A stretch of DNA of 44,017 nt from Candidatus Hodarchaeota archaeon (GCA_029856365.1 JAHQWW010000025.1:1-44017), one strand, 5' to 3'. Positions 20,113 through 29,779 are shown, numbered from the stretch's first letter. Numbers and translations are program-made. The notes: a model not told the origin generated them from the sequence alone.

Positions 20113-20250
20113 ATGAATCAGCTTTTGACATCTAATTTCTAATAGAAGCCATTTTCAAATTGATTTATTGCAGGAAAAAAATCTTTTGAAAGATTAAAAA
20201 AACATTTAATTTCATTTTAAATCAGTTATACTAGACATTAAAAGGATTAG

Positions 20251-21024
20251 TCATTGAAAGAAAAGCTGATTAATAATGGTTTGAAGTTTAGGGTCTGATG
20301 GTTCTCCTTTCCAAATGATACTTTTATCTAGACAAACGACTCTTGTAGTATATTCTCTTAGAAAACTCATTCTATGAGTAACTAAAATAATAGTCAGATT
20401 TTGGTTCTGATGAAGCTGATGAATCAAATCCATGATAGCTCGTTCTATTCGGAAATCCAAAGCAGCAGTGGGTTCATCTAATAACATAATTTTGGGATCA
20501 TTAGCCAATGATCTTGCAATCATTACTTTTTGTTGTTGGCCTCCACTTAGATGCCCGATAGGACGTTTCCGAAATTTCCACATGCCGACTAAACGAAGAG
20601 CATTCTCAATATATGGATCACTCTTCTTTACACGCTTTAAAAATCCAATTTGAGCATAACGTCCCATTGCCACGACATCTTCAACAAGAGCAGGAAAATT
20701 ACGGTCAATGTTATGAACCTGGGGGACATAACCCAGGTTATTATCTTGTCGATATTCAACACAAGTTAACTCCTGCTGATCTTTGTCATAAAATCGAATT
20801 GTACCATGACTTAGTGGAACAAGGCCTAAAATTGCTTTTAGGAGAGTTGACTTCCCAGATCCATTTGGCCCACAAATGCCAAGAATTTCTCCTTCATAAA
20901 CATCGAGATTGATATTAGCCAGTGCAACAGCGTTTTGATAAGCAACAACAGCGTTATTGATGCATATTAAAGGAGTCAAACTCCTCCTTGTACTAAAGGT
21001 ATCAACTTCAGTTTTGGTAGTCAT
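20251..21024 (-). CDS. znuC: Zn/Mn ABC transporter ATPase
   Basis: GPNGSGKST, GYVPQ, LSGGQQQ and LLDEPT. Confidence 0.92.
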   Translation of the reverse strand: MTTKTEVDTFSTRRSLTPLICINNAVVAYQNAVALANINLDVYEGEILGICGPNGSGKSTLLKAILGLVPLSHGTIRFYDKDQQELTCVEYRQDNNLGYVPQVHNIDRNFPALVEDVVAMGRYAQIGFLKRVKKSDPYIENALRLVGMWKFRKRPIGHLSGGQQQKVMIARSLANDPKIMLLDEPTAALDFRIERAIMDLIHQLHQNQNLTIILVTHRMSFLREYTTRVVCLDKSIIWKGEPSDPKLQTIINQLFFQ

Positions 21025-21036
21025 ATTAGATCTCTT

Positions 21037-22086
21037 CTAAGGTCCTTTATGTTCATGAGTACTCGGAGTCTTTCCAGGGAGCTTTCTTTTGTCTATCACC
21101 ACGTCTCCTCTTCGGTGGTCATCATGGGCAACATGTGAATGAGGTGTATCTGACTGTGGACAATCTGGATCTTCACAAGACCCCTCATCAATTACTTCTC
21201 CACAATATGGGCATTCTGTTGGTAAATGAGCAAGGTGAGCTAAACGCCGTTTGGGAGAGATAATAAATGAAATAAGGAATATAAATGTTATTAAAGTGAC
21301 TATTGTTGATCCAGAGGGAAGATCAAATGCTACTGAAAGATATAATCCTCCAACAGTCGAGAAAACTCCAAAAAATCCAGCCAATAATAATAATCGATTA
21401 AACCTGAAAGTAAGTTGGTAAGCAGCAGCTGCAGGAGTCACGATCATTGCAAAGACCAATATTGCACCAATTGCTTTTAATGAGACTGAAATTGTCATTG
21501 ACACTAAAACCAAGAAAATATATGTCAATAATCGAACAGGGATACCAGAAACCTTCGCAGATTCTTCATCAAAAGTCATGAAATATAGTTCTTTTTTAAT
21601 CACAAAGATCACAATGATGATTAAAAAGCTAAAAAAGATAAGAAGGTTGAATGTATTCGGACTAATTATCAGAATGTTACCGAAGAGTATTGAGGGAACA
21701 TCGGTGCTGTAGACTGGCATGAGACTTATGAAAAGAATAGCTAATGCCATAAAAAAAGAAAATATAACTCCAATTATGATTTCATCTTTCATCATTTTCT
21801 TTTCATTTACATAACCAATACTAATCGAGGATATTACTGAGAAAAGCATAATGACTAATAAGGGATCTAATCCCAATAAAATTGCTAGGGCTGCCCCAGC
21901 AAAAGCAGAATGGGCAATTGCTTCTCCAAGAAAAACCATTCCTCTTAAAAGTACAAAAGTTCCGATCAATGCACATATAATACCAATTAAAATAGCAGCT
22001 ATGAGAGCTTTTTGCATAAATGGATATTGGAGATATTTCCAAAATGCATTAGGATTGAATGTGATTTCCATGAAAAAAGGGTTCAT
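21037..22086 (-). CDS. znuB: Zn/Mn ABC transporter permease with a Cys/His-rich C-terminal extension
   Basis: GEAIAHSAFAG, LFGNIL and TPAAAA; tail CPYC...C...C...HSHVAHDDH. Confidence 0.92.
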   Translation of the reverse strand: MNPFFMEITFNPNAFWKYLQYPFMQKALIAAILIGIICALIGTFVLLRGMVFLGEAIAHSAFAGAALAILLGLDPLLVIMLFSVISSISIGYVNEKKMMKDEIIIGVIFSFFMALAILFISLMPVYSTDVPSILFGNILIISPNTFNLLIFFSFLIIIVIFVIKKELYFMTFDEESAKVSGIPVRLLTYIFLVLVSMTISVSLKAIGAILVFAMIVTPAAAAYQLTFRFNRLLLLAGFFGVFSTVGGLYLSVAFDLPSGSTIVTLITFIFLISFIISPKRRLAHLAHLPTECPYCGEVIDEGSCEDPDCPQSDTPHSHVAHDDHRRGDVVIDKRKLPGKTPSTHEHKGP

Positions 22087-22544
22087 TCCGAATATCCTCC
22101 TTCTTCTAGAGCTTTACTTTCCTCCGTACATAGGTTTCCAGCTTTAATGGCTTCTTTCAGCTCACAGTCATCTTGATGAAATTTAGTAATAGCGTCAATA
22201 AATTCACAAGAGACAATTGGTGTTAATCTTAATGCCTCTTTTCTTCTAACCACTGCTTTAAGATCTAATGTTTCTTGGAAATAATTTTCAAGTAGATGCA
22301 TATGCCAAGTTATGTGTAAAGCATGTTCTTTTCCTATCTCAGTTAATCTAACTAATCTATGCGGTTCCCATGAGATTAGCTCATTTTTTCGTAATTTTTT
22401 GACTAAAGAATGAAGAGTTTGACGGCTACGATCGAAGTTGTATTCCTTACGTAGTGTTTGAAACAGATCCCCAGCACGAATGGGTCTTTCCCAATTATAA
22501 AGAAATAACAGAATGAGTTTTTCTGAATTAGAGAGGCCAACCAT
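22083..22544 (-). CDS. DtxR/MntR-family winged-helix regulator, degenerate metal site
   Basis: wHTH, VRLTEIGKEHA and HLLENYF; 4-nt ATGA overlap with the permease. Confidence 0.8.
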   Translation of the reverse strand: MVGLSNSEKLILLFLYNWERPIRAGDLFQTLRKEYNFDRSRQTLHSLVKKLRKNELISWEPHRLVRLTEIGKEHALHITWHMHLLENYFQETLDLKAVVRRKEALRLTPIVSCEFIDAITKFHQDDCELKEAIKAGNLCTEESKALEEGGYSE

Positions 22545-22736
22545 ATTTCATCAACAAGAATGACGTATTTTTGTATTAATCTTTTCCACACACTTGAATT
22601 GAAAGTCATTTGAATTATTTTAAAAATAATTGATAAAAATTTTTATTACATAATATTTTTTAAAGATACTTTAATTTGATGAATCAATTGATTTTATATT
22701 ATTTTGTTACAAATTATATTATAATTAGTGGTTTAA
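22545..22736. promoter_or_regulatory. Divergent promoter region with AT-rich palindromes
   Basis: ATAAAAATTTTTAT (22633-22646), AATCAATTGATT (22682-22693) and AATTATATTATAATT (22712-22726). Confidence 0.45.
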
Positions 22737-23780
22737 ATGCTAATTAAAAAGAACCAAATGGTTTTAACAGTTATAACTTGCTTAATCCTACTTATTAATG
22801 GATTACTAGTAACAAAAGCAGCTAATCCTAATATTCTCCGAGATTCTGATTTAAAAGTTGTTGTATCATTATCAATGATTGGCGATTGGGCTCAAAATGT
22901 AGCTGGGGATGTATTTACCGTTACCAATATTGTCAGTGGTCTCGAGAATCCCCACACATATGATCCCTTACCTTCAGAGGTGGCTACTGTTGCTAGTGCT
23001 GATCTTTTTATCAGATTTGGTCTTAAAGGTTTAGAACCATGGGTAGATTCTGTTATTCAATCAAGTTCCCCAAAAAGAATTCTGACATTAATTAATGTCT
23101 CTATCGAAGAATATATGGAAAATGACCCTGTTATTGGTAAAAAGAACCCACATGTTTGGATGAGTCCAATAAACGCTAAAAATATGACATTTAAAATCTA
23201 TCAGACATTTGCACAACTTCTACCAGAAAATAATGCAACTCTTTACAACAACTTTCTTTCATATCAAAAAGATCTCGATGATTTACTCAAGAGAATTGAT
23301 CAAGCTAAAGAAACTTTTAACAATACCAAAGTGGTAGTTCATCACCCTGCGTTCGTTTATTTCTTTAATCTACTCGGTTTAGAACGAATTGGTGCGATTG
23401 AAGAGGTTGAAGGTGCTGAACCTTCAGCAGCTCACATTGCTGATTTGACAGATAAAATGTTACAAGAAGAGTGTAAATTTATCATCAATCAACCTCAATT
23501 AGATAAGGAAGATGTTGAAGCGTTAGCTCTTGACACTGATGCAAAGATTGCTGTACTAACTCCATTACTGGGAGTGGAGGTCGAAGATTCTCTTAAAGCT
23601 AAATTTGGAGATTTAATCGATGAGTACATCGAAATGTTTGACTATGACCTCTATAAACTAGCACATCCCTATAATCCTTCATTTGAAAGCACCTCAGGCC
23701 TTGAAATTGTTTCAATCTTAAGTTTTCTACCTCTTTGTATTGCATTGTCAACCACTCGAAAGAGAAGAAAAGATTCATAA
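22737..23780 (+). CDS. znuA: Zn/Mn ABC substrate-binding protein with C-terminal anchor
   Basis: NPHTY, NPHVW and HHPAF His ligands; tail STSGLEIVSILSFLPLCIALSTTRKRRK. Confidence 0.9.
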   Translation: MLIKKNQMVLTVITCLILLINGLLVTKAANPNILRDSDLKVVVSLSMIGDWAQNVAGDVFTVTNIVSGLENPHTYDPLPSEVATVASADLFIRFGLKGLEPWVDSVIQSSSPKRILTLINVSIEEYMENDPVIGKKNPHVWMSPINAKNMTFKIYQTFAQLLPENNATLYNNFLSYQKDLDDLLKRIDQAKETFNNTKVVVHHPAFVYFFNLLGLERIGAIEEVEGAEPSAAHIADLTDKMLQEECKFIINQPQLDKEDVEALALDTDAKIAVLTPLLGVEVEDSLKAKFGDLIDEYIEMFDYDLYKLAHPYNPSFESTSGLEIVSILSFLPLCIALSTTRKRRKDS

Positions 23781-23805
23781 TTAAAAAGCTGTTAAGAGTT
23801 AAATA

Positions 23806-24681
23806 ATGGCAGAGTATTTACAGAGAATTTCAAACAATCTATTTCTTATAGAAGGATATAATCAAGGGAGATTTCCTTTTTCACATTCCGCTCTAATTAT
23901 TACTAATTCTAATGAAGCTGTGCTTATCGACACTGGCTGTGGTATAAATACGCTTCAAAAGCTTAAAAAAAGGTATTATATCTATCGTATTATCAATTCT
24001 CACACTCACCCTGATCATTCCGCGGGTAATTGGGTATTTAAAGACAATATTGAGTCTATTGAGGTTCCTACTCAAGGATTTAAAACAAGTGGAAATATTC
24101 TAGCATTATCCAACCGTTTTACTGAACCTGGAGAAATTGCTAAGTACTGGAGGGATAATGTCCCAAAAATAATGGGAATGAAGGATTGTAGACCAACTCA
24201 TAGCTTTAACACTAAATCTGAATTCGATTTTGGAGATGTTAAACTCATCCCCGTTCACACTCCTGGGCATACTATTGACCATTATTGTTTCTATGAACCA
24301 AATGAACTAATTCTTTTTGCATTTGATATTGATTTGACTTCTTTCGGCCCTTGGTATGGTCATCGTGAGTCAAGTATCCCTCAATTCAAAGAATCAATCA
24401 ACAAGCTTAAAGAATTGAAGATAAAAATACTTGTATCGTCACACAAAGGTATTATAATAAAAAACATCTATAAACAAATAGAAAGCTTTTACCAGAAGAT
24501 CGAGGAAAGAACTGACAGAATTCGTGCTTTATACCAAGGGAGAGGCTTATCAATTGACCAGCTCGTCGAAAAAAAACCAATCTATGGAGAATTCCCTTAT
24601 ACTGAACCTTTACTACGTTATTGGGAAGAGCAAATGATTAAAAAACATTTAGTAGAAATAGAACAGAAAATTTGGGGATGA
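23806..24681 (+). CDS. MBL-fold metallo-hydrolase
   Basis: IDTG, SHTHPDH, TPGHT and SSHKG. Confidence 0.92.
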   Translation: MAEYLQRISNNLFLIEGYNQGRFPFSHSALIITNSNEAVLIDTGCGINTLQKLKKRYYIYRIINSHTHPDHSAGNWVFKDNIESIEVPTQGFKTSGNILALSNRFTEPGEIAKYWRDNVPKIMGMKDCRPTHSFNTKSEFDFGDVKLIPVHTPGHTIDHYCFYEPNELILFAFDIDLTSFGPWYGHRESSIPQFKESINKLKELKIKILVSSHKGIIIKNIYKQIESFYQKIEERTDRIRALYQGRGLSIDQLVEKKPIYGEFPYTEPLLRYWEEQMIKKHLVEIEQKIWG

Positions 24682-24688
24682 ATAGGTA

Positions 24689-25123
24689 ATGGCCAAACGT
24701 TTACGTGTAGCATACCTTGAACGATGTGTTGGATGTTACCAATGTGTCTTAGCTTGTGCTAGGGTCAATGAAAAAGTATTGAGCGTAGATCGTACTTCAA
24801 TAACTGTAAGAACTGTAGGGGGGTATGAAGGATCATTTGCAGTAGTTGTCTGTAGAGGCTGTCTTGACCCACCTTGCGTTCCTGTTTGCCCCATAGAAGG
24901 AGCAATTCGACCTAGAGAAAGAGGAGGAGGAGTTCTTGTCGATCGAGAGATTTGTGATTCGAGAAAGTGTAATCACGAATGCGTGAAAGCCTGTCCGATA
25001 CCAGGAGCGATCCATATTGATCTGGATCTTCACAATGCTATTGTATGTCGACAATGTAGCATTTGTACAAAATTCTGTCCTACAGGTGTTTTAATAATGG
25101 AGGAACCGAAACCTGGATTCTAA
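24689..25123 (+). CDS. Polyferredoxin (4Fe-4S) small subunit of an AOR-family enzyme
   Basis: CVGCYQCVLAC, CRGC-x4-CVPVCP, C-x4-C-x3-CVKACP and CRQCSICTKFCP. Confidence 0.92.
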   Translation: MAKRLRVAYLERCVGCYQCVLACARVNEKVLSVDRTSITVRTVGGYEGSFAVVVCRGCLDPPCVPVCPIEGAIRPRERGGGVLVDREICDSRKCNHECVKACPIPGAIHIDLDLHNAIVCRQCSICTKFCPTGVLIMEEPKPGF

Positions 25124-25135
25124 GAGGGAAAATAA

Positions 25136-26914
25136 ATGGATAAAATTCCACAGGATATCCTAGAAATTGATCTTACAACACAGAAAATAAAGCGCTATGC
25201 AAAACCAGAATCATTCTCCAAATGGATGGGAGGTATAGGACTTGCAGTTAATTTACTAGAAAAACATATACCTTCAAATGTAGATCCTTTAGGGAAAGAT
25301 AATGCAATTATATTCGCTATCGGCCCTTTATCTACATTCTATCCGATAGCTTCTAAAACGGTTGCTGTTTTCAAAAGCCCCCTCACAGGTGATCTAGGTG
25401 AATCATACGCAGGTGGCCGTTTATCACTAGCAATGCGCTTTGCAGGGTTAGGAGCCATTATTATTAAAGGCCAAGCGGAAAAATCATGTTTTATTACTAT
25501 CATTGATGAAGAAGTCGAAATTAAACGTGCTGGGCCTCTTGCATACATGTATACTTCAACTCTTGGGAGAGTTTTGCGTGAACTGGTGCCAGTAGGTCCA
25601 GGAAGACGATCATCGATTCGAATAGGTCAAGCAAGTGAAAACCTTGTTAAATATGGGAATGTAATTGTTGATAGCTTTCGTCACTTTGGTAGGCTTGGAA
25701 TTGGAGCCGTGTTTGGTGCCAAGCGACTAAAAGCTATCATCATTAGCGGAACTAAAGACATTCCTCTCTCAAATATTGATCGTCGAAGTTATCAAAAAAC
25801 CTACAAGAATGTCTGGAATCAATGTGTTAAGACAGATAGTATGAGAAAATATCACGTTTTAGGTACTCCTCAAAGTGTTCTACCATTAAATGAACTCAAT
25901 TCTTTACCGACAAAGAACTTCATGTTTGGACGATTTGAAGGAGTAGTGGGTATTTCAGGTGAAAAATTTGTGGAAACATACCTTGGCAGACGAGTATCCT
26001 GTAATACATGCCCAGTAGGGTGTATTCATGTAGCAATTCTCAGAGAGCGTTACGGTGTAGATTCCCCAGCTGATTTACATTCACTTGCTGTTCCTTATGA
26101 TTACGAACCCATGTATGCTCTTGGATCTAATCTTCAGATTAGCGATGGAACAGAACTATTAAAATTAATAGAACAGACTGAACGATTGGGAATGGATGCC
26201 ATTACGACTGGAGTGATTCTGGGATGGCTAGCAGAGGCATTTGAGAAAGGATTACTAACTGAGATAGAAACTAAGGGCTTGCCCATTAGATTTGGACATG
26301 TGAATGACTTTATAGAAATTATTAAAAGAATTACATATCGAAATTCTGAAGATAAAGATCTTTATTGGTATGCTGGAGAGGGGTTAGATCAGTTAGTAGA
26401 AAAGTATGGTGGAAGTGAATTTGCAGTTCGTTTTAATAATAATCCACCCGCAGGGTATTCAACTGGTCCGTACAGCATGATTGGCCACGCTATTGGAGCA
26501 AGACATTCGCATTTAGATAATGCAGGATATTCATTAGATCAGCATGCTCTTGGGAAGAAGATTTCTCCAACACAAGCGGTTCTAAAGCTAGCTAAAGAGG
26601 AGGAATGGAGAAATATACTAAATTCGTTAATAATTTGTTTGTTTGCAAGGAATATCTATACTCCCCAACTAGTAAAGGAATGTTTACAAAATCTTGGAAC
26701 TGATAAAACAGAGGAAGAACTCTTAGAATTAGGATTAGAAATTCAAAAATTAAGGATTAAAACGAAAAAACGATTTGGATTCAGTTATGATACCTTAATC
26801 AAAAAAATTCCTAACCGTATTTATGAGATGCCAACAGCTCATGGAAAACTTTATGAGACCCAGATGATTAACCTTTTCAATGCTTATGAAGTTCTTTTAA
26901 AGGAGAGATATTAG
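25136..26914 (+). CDS. AOR-family tungstoenzyme large subunit (GOR/XOR-like)
   Basis: KSPLTGDLGESYAGGR, RHFGRLGIGAVFG, CNTCPVGC, YDYE, GMDAI and ICLFAR. Confidence 0.92.
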   Translation: MDKIPQDILEIDLTTQKIKRYAKPESFSKWMGGIGLAVNLLEKHIPSNVDPLGKDNAIIFAIGPLSTFYPIASKTVAVFKSPLTGDLGESYAGGRLSLAMRFAGLGAIIIKGQAEKSCFITIIDEEVEIKRAGPLAYMYTSTLGRVLRELVPVGPGRRSSIRIGQASENLVKYGNVIVDSFRHFGRLGIGAVFGAKRLKAIIISGTKDIPLSNIDRRSYQKTYKNVWNQCVKTDSMRKYHVLGTPQSVLPLNELNSLPTKNFMFGRFEGVVGISGEKFVETYLGRRVSCNTCPVGCIHVAILRERYGVDSPADLHSLAVPYDYEPMYALGSNLQISDGTELLKLIEQTERLGMDAITTGVILGWLAEAFEKGLLTEIETKGLPIRFGHVNDFIEIIKRITYRNSEDKDLYWYAGEGLDQLVEKYGGSEFAVRFNNNPPAGYSTGPYSMIGHAIGARHSHLDNAGYSLDQHALGKKISPTQAVLKLAKEEEWRNILNSLIICLFARNIYTPQLVKECLQNLGTDKTEEELLELGLEIQKLRIKTKKRFGFSYDTLIKKIPNRIYEMPTAHGKLYETQMINLFNAYEVLLKERY

Positions 26915-26969
26915 TATAATCTGAGTGTTACTAATTGAGAGGATTGAAATAGAAAAAAAGGAAGGTGAA

Positions 26970-27797
26970 TTAGCTAGTTTGCGCAACCTGTTCAGCTTTT
27001 CGATTGATCATCATATTACCAAGCCAGATGAAAACAATAGAGAAAATAAAAGCAATGATTGGCACTCGAAATAGAATATTATTCGTTGGTTGCAGCCAAA
27101 GCACAAGTAATATTGCTACAAAACTAGGTAGGAATAAGTACGCTCCAGTTCTTAACACCCAAAAACCGTTAGTACCATATTCCGATTGATAACGTCGAGG
27201 AAGACCTCCAAAGGATGCAACATCACCAATAATTCGATCGAGTTGCGTATTAGAAGGTGTAGTAGGAAAGTAAACTATCAATCTCTTGAATTTCCTCCGA
27301 AATATACCAAATGTGATGAGATCAAATAATCCAAGTAGAATTGCTAATCCTAGTTCTATTCCTAAAGCTATCATTGGTCCTATGATTGGTGCCAAATAAA
27401 TCAACAATAAAACTATAGCAATGATTAAAAAAAATATAATTATTGCTCCTAAGGAATCACTACTCGCATCACAATCACCACTTTCAGAACAGTCTAAGTA
27501 TGAACAATCACTAGTTTTAGAGGTTTCTTTACGTGATCTTACTTGCATTGATGTGCGTTTACGATCAGAAGGATACCTTGATGACCGACCACATTGGTAA
27601 CCACCACACCAATAGTATCCATGCCAACAGGATTCTTCTACCAAATAATAAGTATCACCCTCTCCAAATGCCCGTCCTTTCTCACGAGAACAGATCGTGT
27701 CACGACTAGCTAATGGAAAAATTTCAGCTTTTACTCCTTGATTGATACAAATCTCTTGCAATGTGTTCTCATTAATACCATTAAATTCAATTTCCAT
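26970..27797 (-). CDS. Hypothetical membrane protein with a Cys/Asp/Ser-rich segment
   Basis: CWHGYYWCGGYQCG and DCSYLDCSESGDCD followed by 4 TM segments. Confidence 0.8.
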   Translation of the reverse strand: MEIEFNGINENTLQEICINQGVKAEIFPLASRDTICSREKGRAFGEGDTYYLVEESCWHGYYWCGGYQCGRSSRYPSDRKRTSMQVRSRKETSKTSDCSYLDCSESGDCDASSDSLGAIIIFFLIIAIVLLLIYLAPIIGPMIALGIELGLAILLGLFDLITFGIFRRKFKRLIVYFPTTPSNTQLDRIIGDVASFGGLPRRYQSEYGTNGFWVLRTGAYLFLPSFVAILLVLWLQPTNNILFRVPIIAFIFSIVFIWLGNMMINRKAEQVAQTS

Positions 27798-27818
27798 AAA
27801 AAATACCCCAATATTGAT

Positions 27819-28847
27819 TCAAGAACAGAACCTGCTTTTAATTATTCGAAGAGCTTGGATTTCACCGAATAATAATAGTTTAGATCCAGGTTCAACTTTA
27901 TCTTCACAATCAGGATGAGCAGTCTTATCGATAGCTAATATTGAGACATTGTATAACTCCTCAAGAGTACTTACTTTTACGGGATCAAAATGGGAATTTA
28001 AGACTATTTCCATTAGATGATATTCTATTTCACCCTTTTTAGATTTCAGAGTTTGAATGATCCCATCTTCAAAACTTGTAGCGATAAAGGCTGGAGCGGC
28101 AATCGCAGAAGTACTGATTGCTGCATCTATATCAAATAAACCAGTGACTTTTGTTGCAAAGTCTTGGTCAAAAGCACGGATAACAGTTCGTAATTGTGGG
28201 TTCAACTCCTTTGCTTTAGTAGCAATTTTAAAATTTACCATGTCATCATTGGTGACAGCTAATAATGCGCGAGCATTACGAACGTTGGCTTGGTGCAAAA
28301 CATGATTTTCAGTTGCATTTCCAAATATTACCGCAACATTTGGATTTTCCAGCATCTGTTCGATAAATTCAGTTCTTTTTTCAATCTCTTGAGTAATGAC
28401 TGCTGCAGGAATTCCATCTTCAATTAATTCACTCAGGATACGAGTCCCAACGTTCCCTAATCCCACTACTATAGTATGTTCCTTCATTGTTTTTGCCATC
28501 CATTCATTCCAAGCATTTAATCGGTATCGAGAAGTAAATACAACCAAACCAACCTCTATAACTCCAATTCCTATGATTATCAGACCTAAAAAAGGATATA
28601 CCACATAAATCAGTTTTAGTATTAATTCACCTTTATGAGGAAAGTTAAAAACTTCCATAGACAATAAGAGTGCAGTAGTGGCAAGAATGGAATCAATAAC
28701 ATCCCCTGTGAATTCTGAATCGAAAGATGAACTATAAAAAACTTGGAATATCACTGTGCCACAAATAATCGTGACTATTAAAAGCGCTAAAACTCCCTTT
28801 AGCTTACTAAAGGCCAAGAAGAAGCTTCTCAGGAAGATTTTAACCAT
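27819..28847 (-). CDS. 2-TM channel-like protein with TrkA-N/RCK domain
   Basis: HTIVVGLGNVG, GNAT and TNDDMVN; two N-terminal TM helices. Confidence 0.88.
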   Translation of the reverse strand: MVKIFLRSFFLAFSKLKGVLALLIVTIICGTVIFQVFYSSSFDSEFTGDVIDSILATTALLLSMEVFNFPHKGELILKLIYVVYPFLGLIIIGIGVIEVGLVVFTSRYRLNAWNEWMAKTMKEHTIVVGLGNVGTRILSELIEDGIPAAVITQEIEKRTEFIEQMLENPNVAVIFGNATENHVLHQANVRNARALLAVTNDDMVNFKIATKAKELNPQLRTVIRAFDQDFATKVTGLFDIDAAISTSAIAAPAFIATSFEDGIIQTLKSKKGEIEYHLMEIVLNSHFDPVKVSTLEELYNVSILAIDKTAHPDCEDKVEPGSKLLLFGEIQALRIIKSRFCS

Positions 28848-28972
28848 TTTTATGGTTCCTTCATCTTTACCAAATCATCTGAACAATAATTTAAAGCAAT
28901 AATGATCTTAGGAAAATAACATAATTAAGAGGAATATTTCACTCTGATTTAATGTGTCTCAAGGGATGAGTC

Positions 28973-29779
28973 ATGCGACGATTTGTAATTGGGGGAAACT
29001 GGAAAATGTCAATTCCACATGTAAAAGATGCGGAACGAATTGCGAAAAACATAGCAAATGCTATAGGAAGTATTTCCTCAGTGGAAACATTTATTGCGCC
29101 TTCGTTCAATGCATTACACACTATTGGACAGGTGCTTGCTAAAACAAAGGTAAAACTCGCAGGTCAAAATGTCCATTTTCATGAAAAGGGAGCTTTTACA
29201 GGAGAAACATCAATTCTGTCTCTAATTGATGCTGGGTGTGAATATGTCATTCTCGGTCATAGTGAACGCCGACGGATATTTGGGGAAACTAACGAAATTA
29301 TAAACCTTAAAGTCTTAAAAACAATTGAAAAGGGTCTTAGGCCAGTCCTATGTATTGGTGAGACGGCAAAAGAACGCGCTGAAGATCGTGTAATGGAAAT
29401 TAATCAAAATCAATTAGCTGAGAGTCTCAAAAATGTATCTGAGAAGCAACTTCAAGAGGTAATCATTGCTTATGAGCCAGTTTGGGCAATTAATAACAAA
29501 TTTCTGAATCCAGATGTAGAAATTAAACCAGCAACTCCACAACAAGCAAGTGAAGCTCATGAAATCGTCCGTGATTGGATCAGGAAACACTATAGTAATG
29601 CTGCAGCTGAGAATACATTAATTATATATGGTGGATCCATGAAAGAATCAAATGCTGCCAAACTTTTAGCTATTGATGATATTGATGGAGGTCTAGTTGG
29701 TGGAGCATCTTTAAGGGCAGATACTTTCGTACCGATTATACGATTAGCTGAACAGCTCTCTGATACTGAATTTACATAG
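28973..29779 (+). CDS. tpiA: Triosephosphate isomerase, bacterial/eukaryotic-type length
   Basis: GNWKM, GAFTGE, GHSERR, CIGET, AYEPVWAI, YGGS and GGLVGGASL. Confidence 0.96.
   Translation: MRRFVIGGNWKMSIPHVKDAERIAKNIANAIGSISSVETFIAPSFNALHTIGQVLAKTKVKLAGQNVHFHEKGAFTGETSILSLIDAGCEYVILGHSERRRIFGETNEIINLKVLKTIEKGLRPVLCIGETAKERAEDRVMEINQNQLAESLKNVSEKQLQEVIIAYEPVWAINNKFLNPDVEIKPATPQQASEAHEIVRDWIRKHYSNAAAENTLIIYGGSMKESNAAKLLAIDDIDGGLVGGASLRADTFVPIIRLAEQLSDTEFT

Noticed and set aside
22613-22726. Assigning a specific palindrome as the DtxR operator
   Set aside because: The region is extremely AT-rich, so such palindromes arise easily; none matches the TTAGGTTAGCCTAACCTAA-type box
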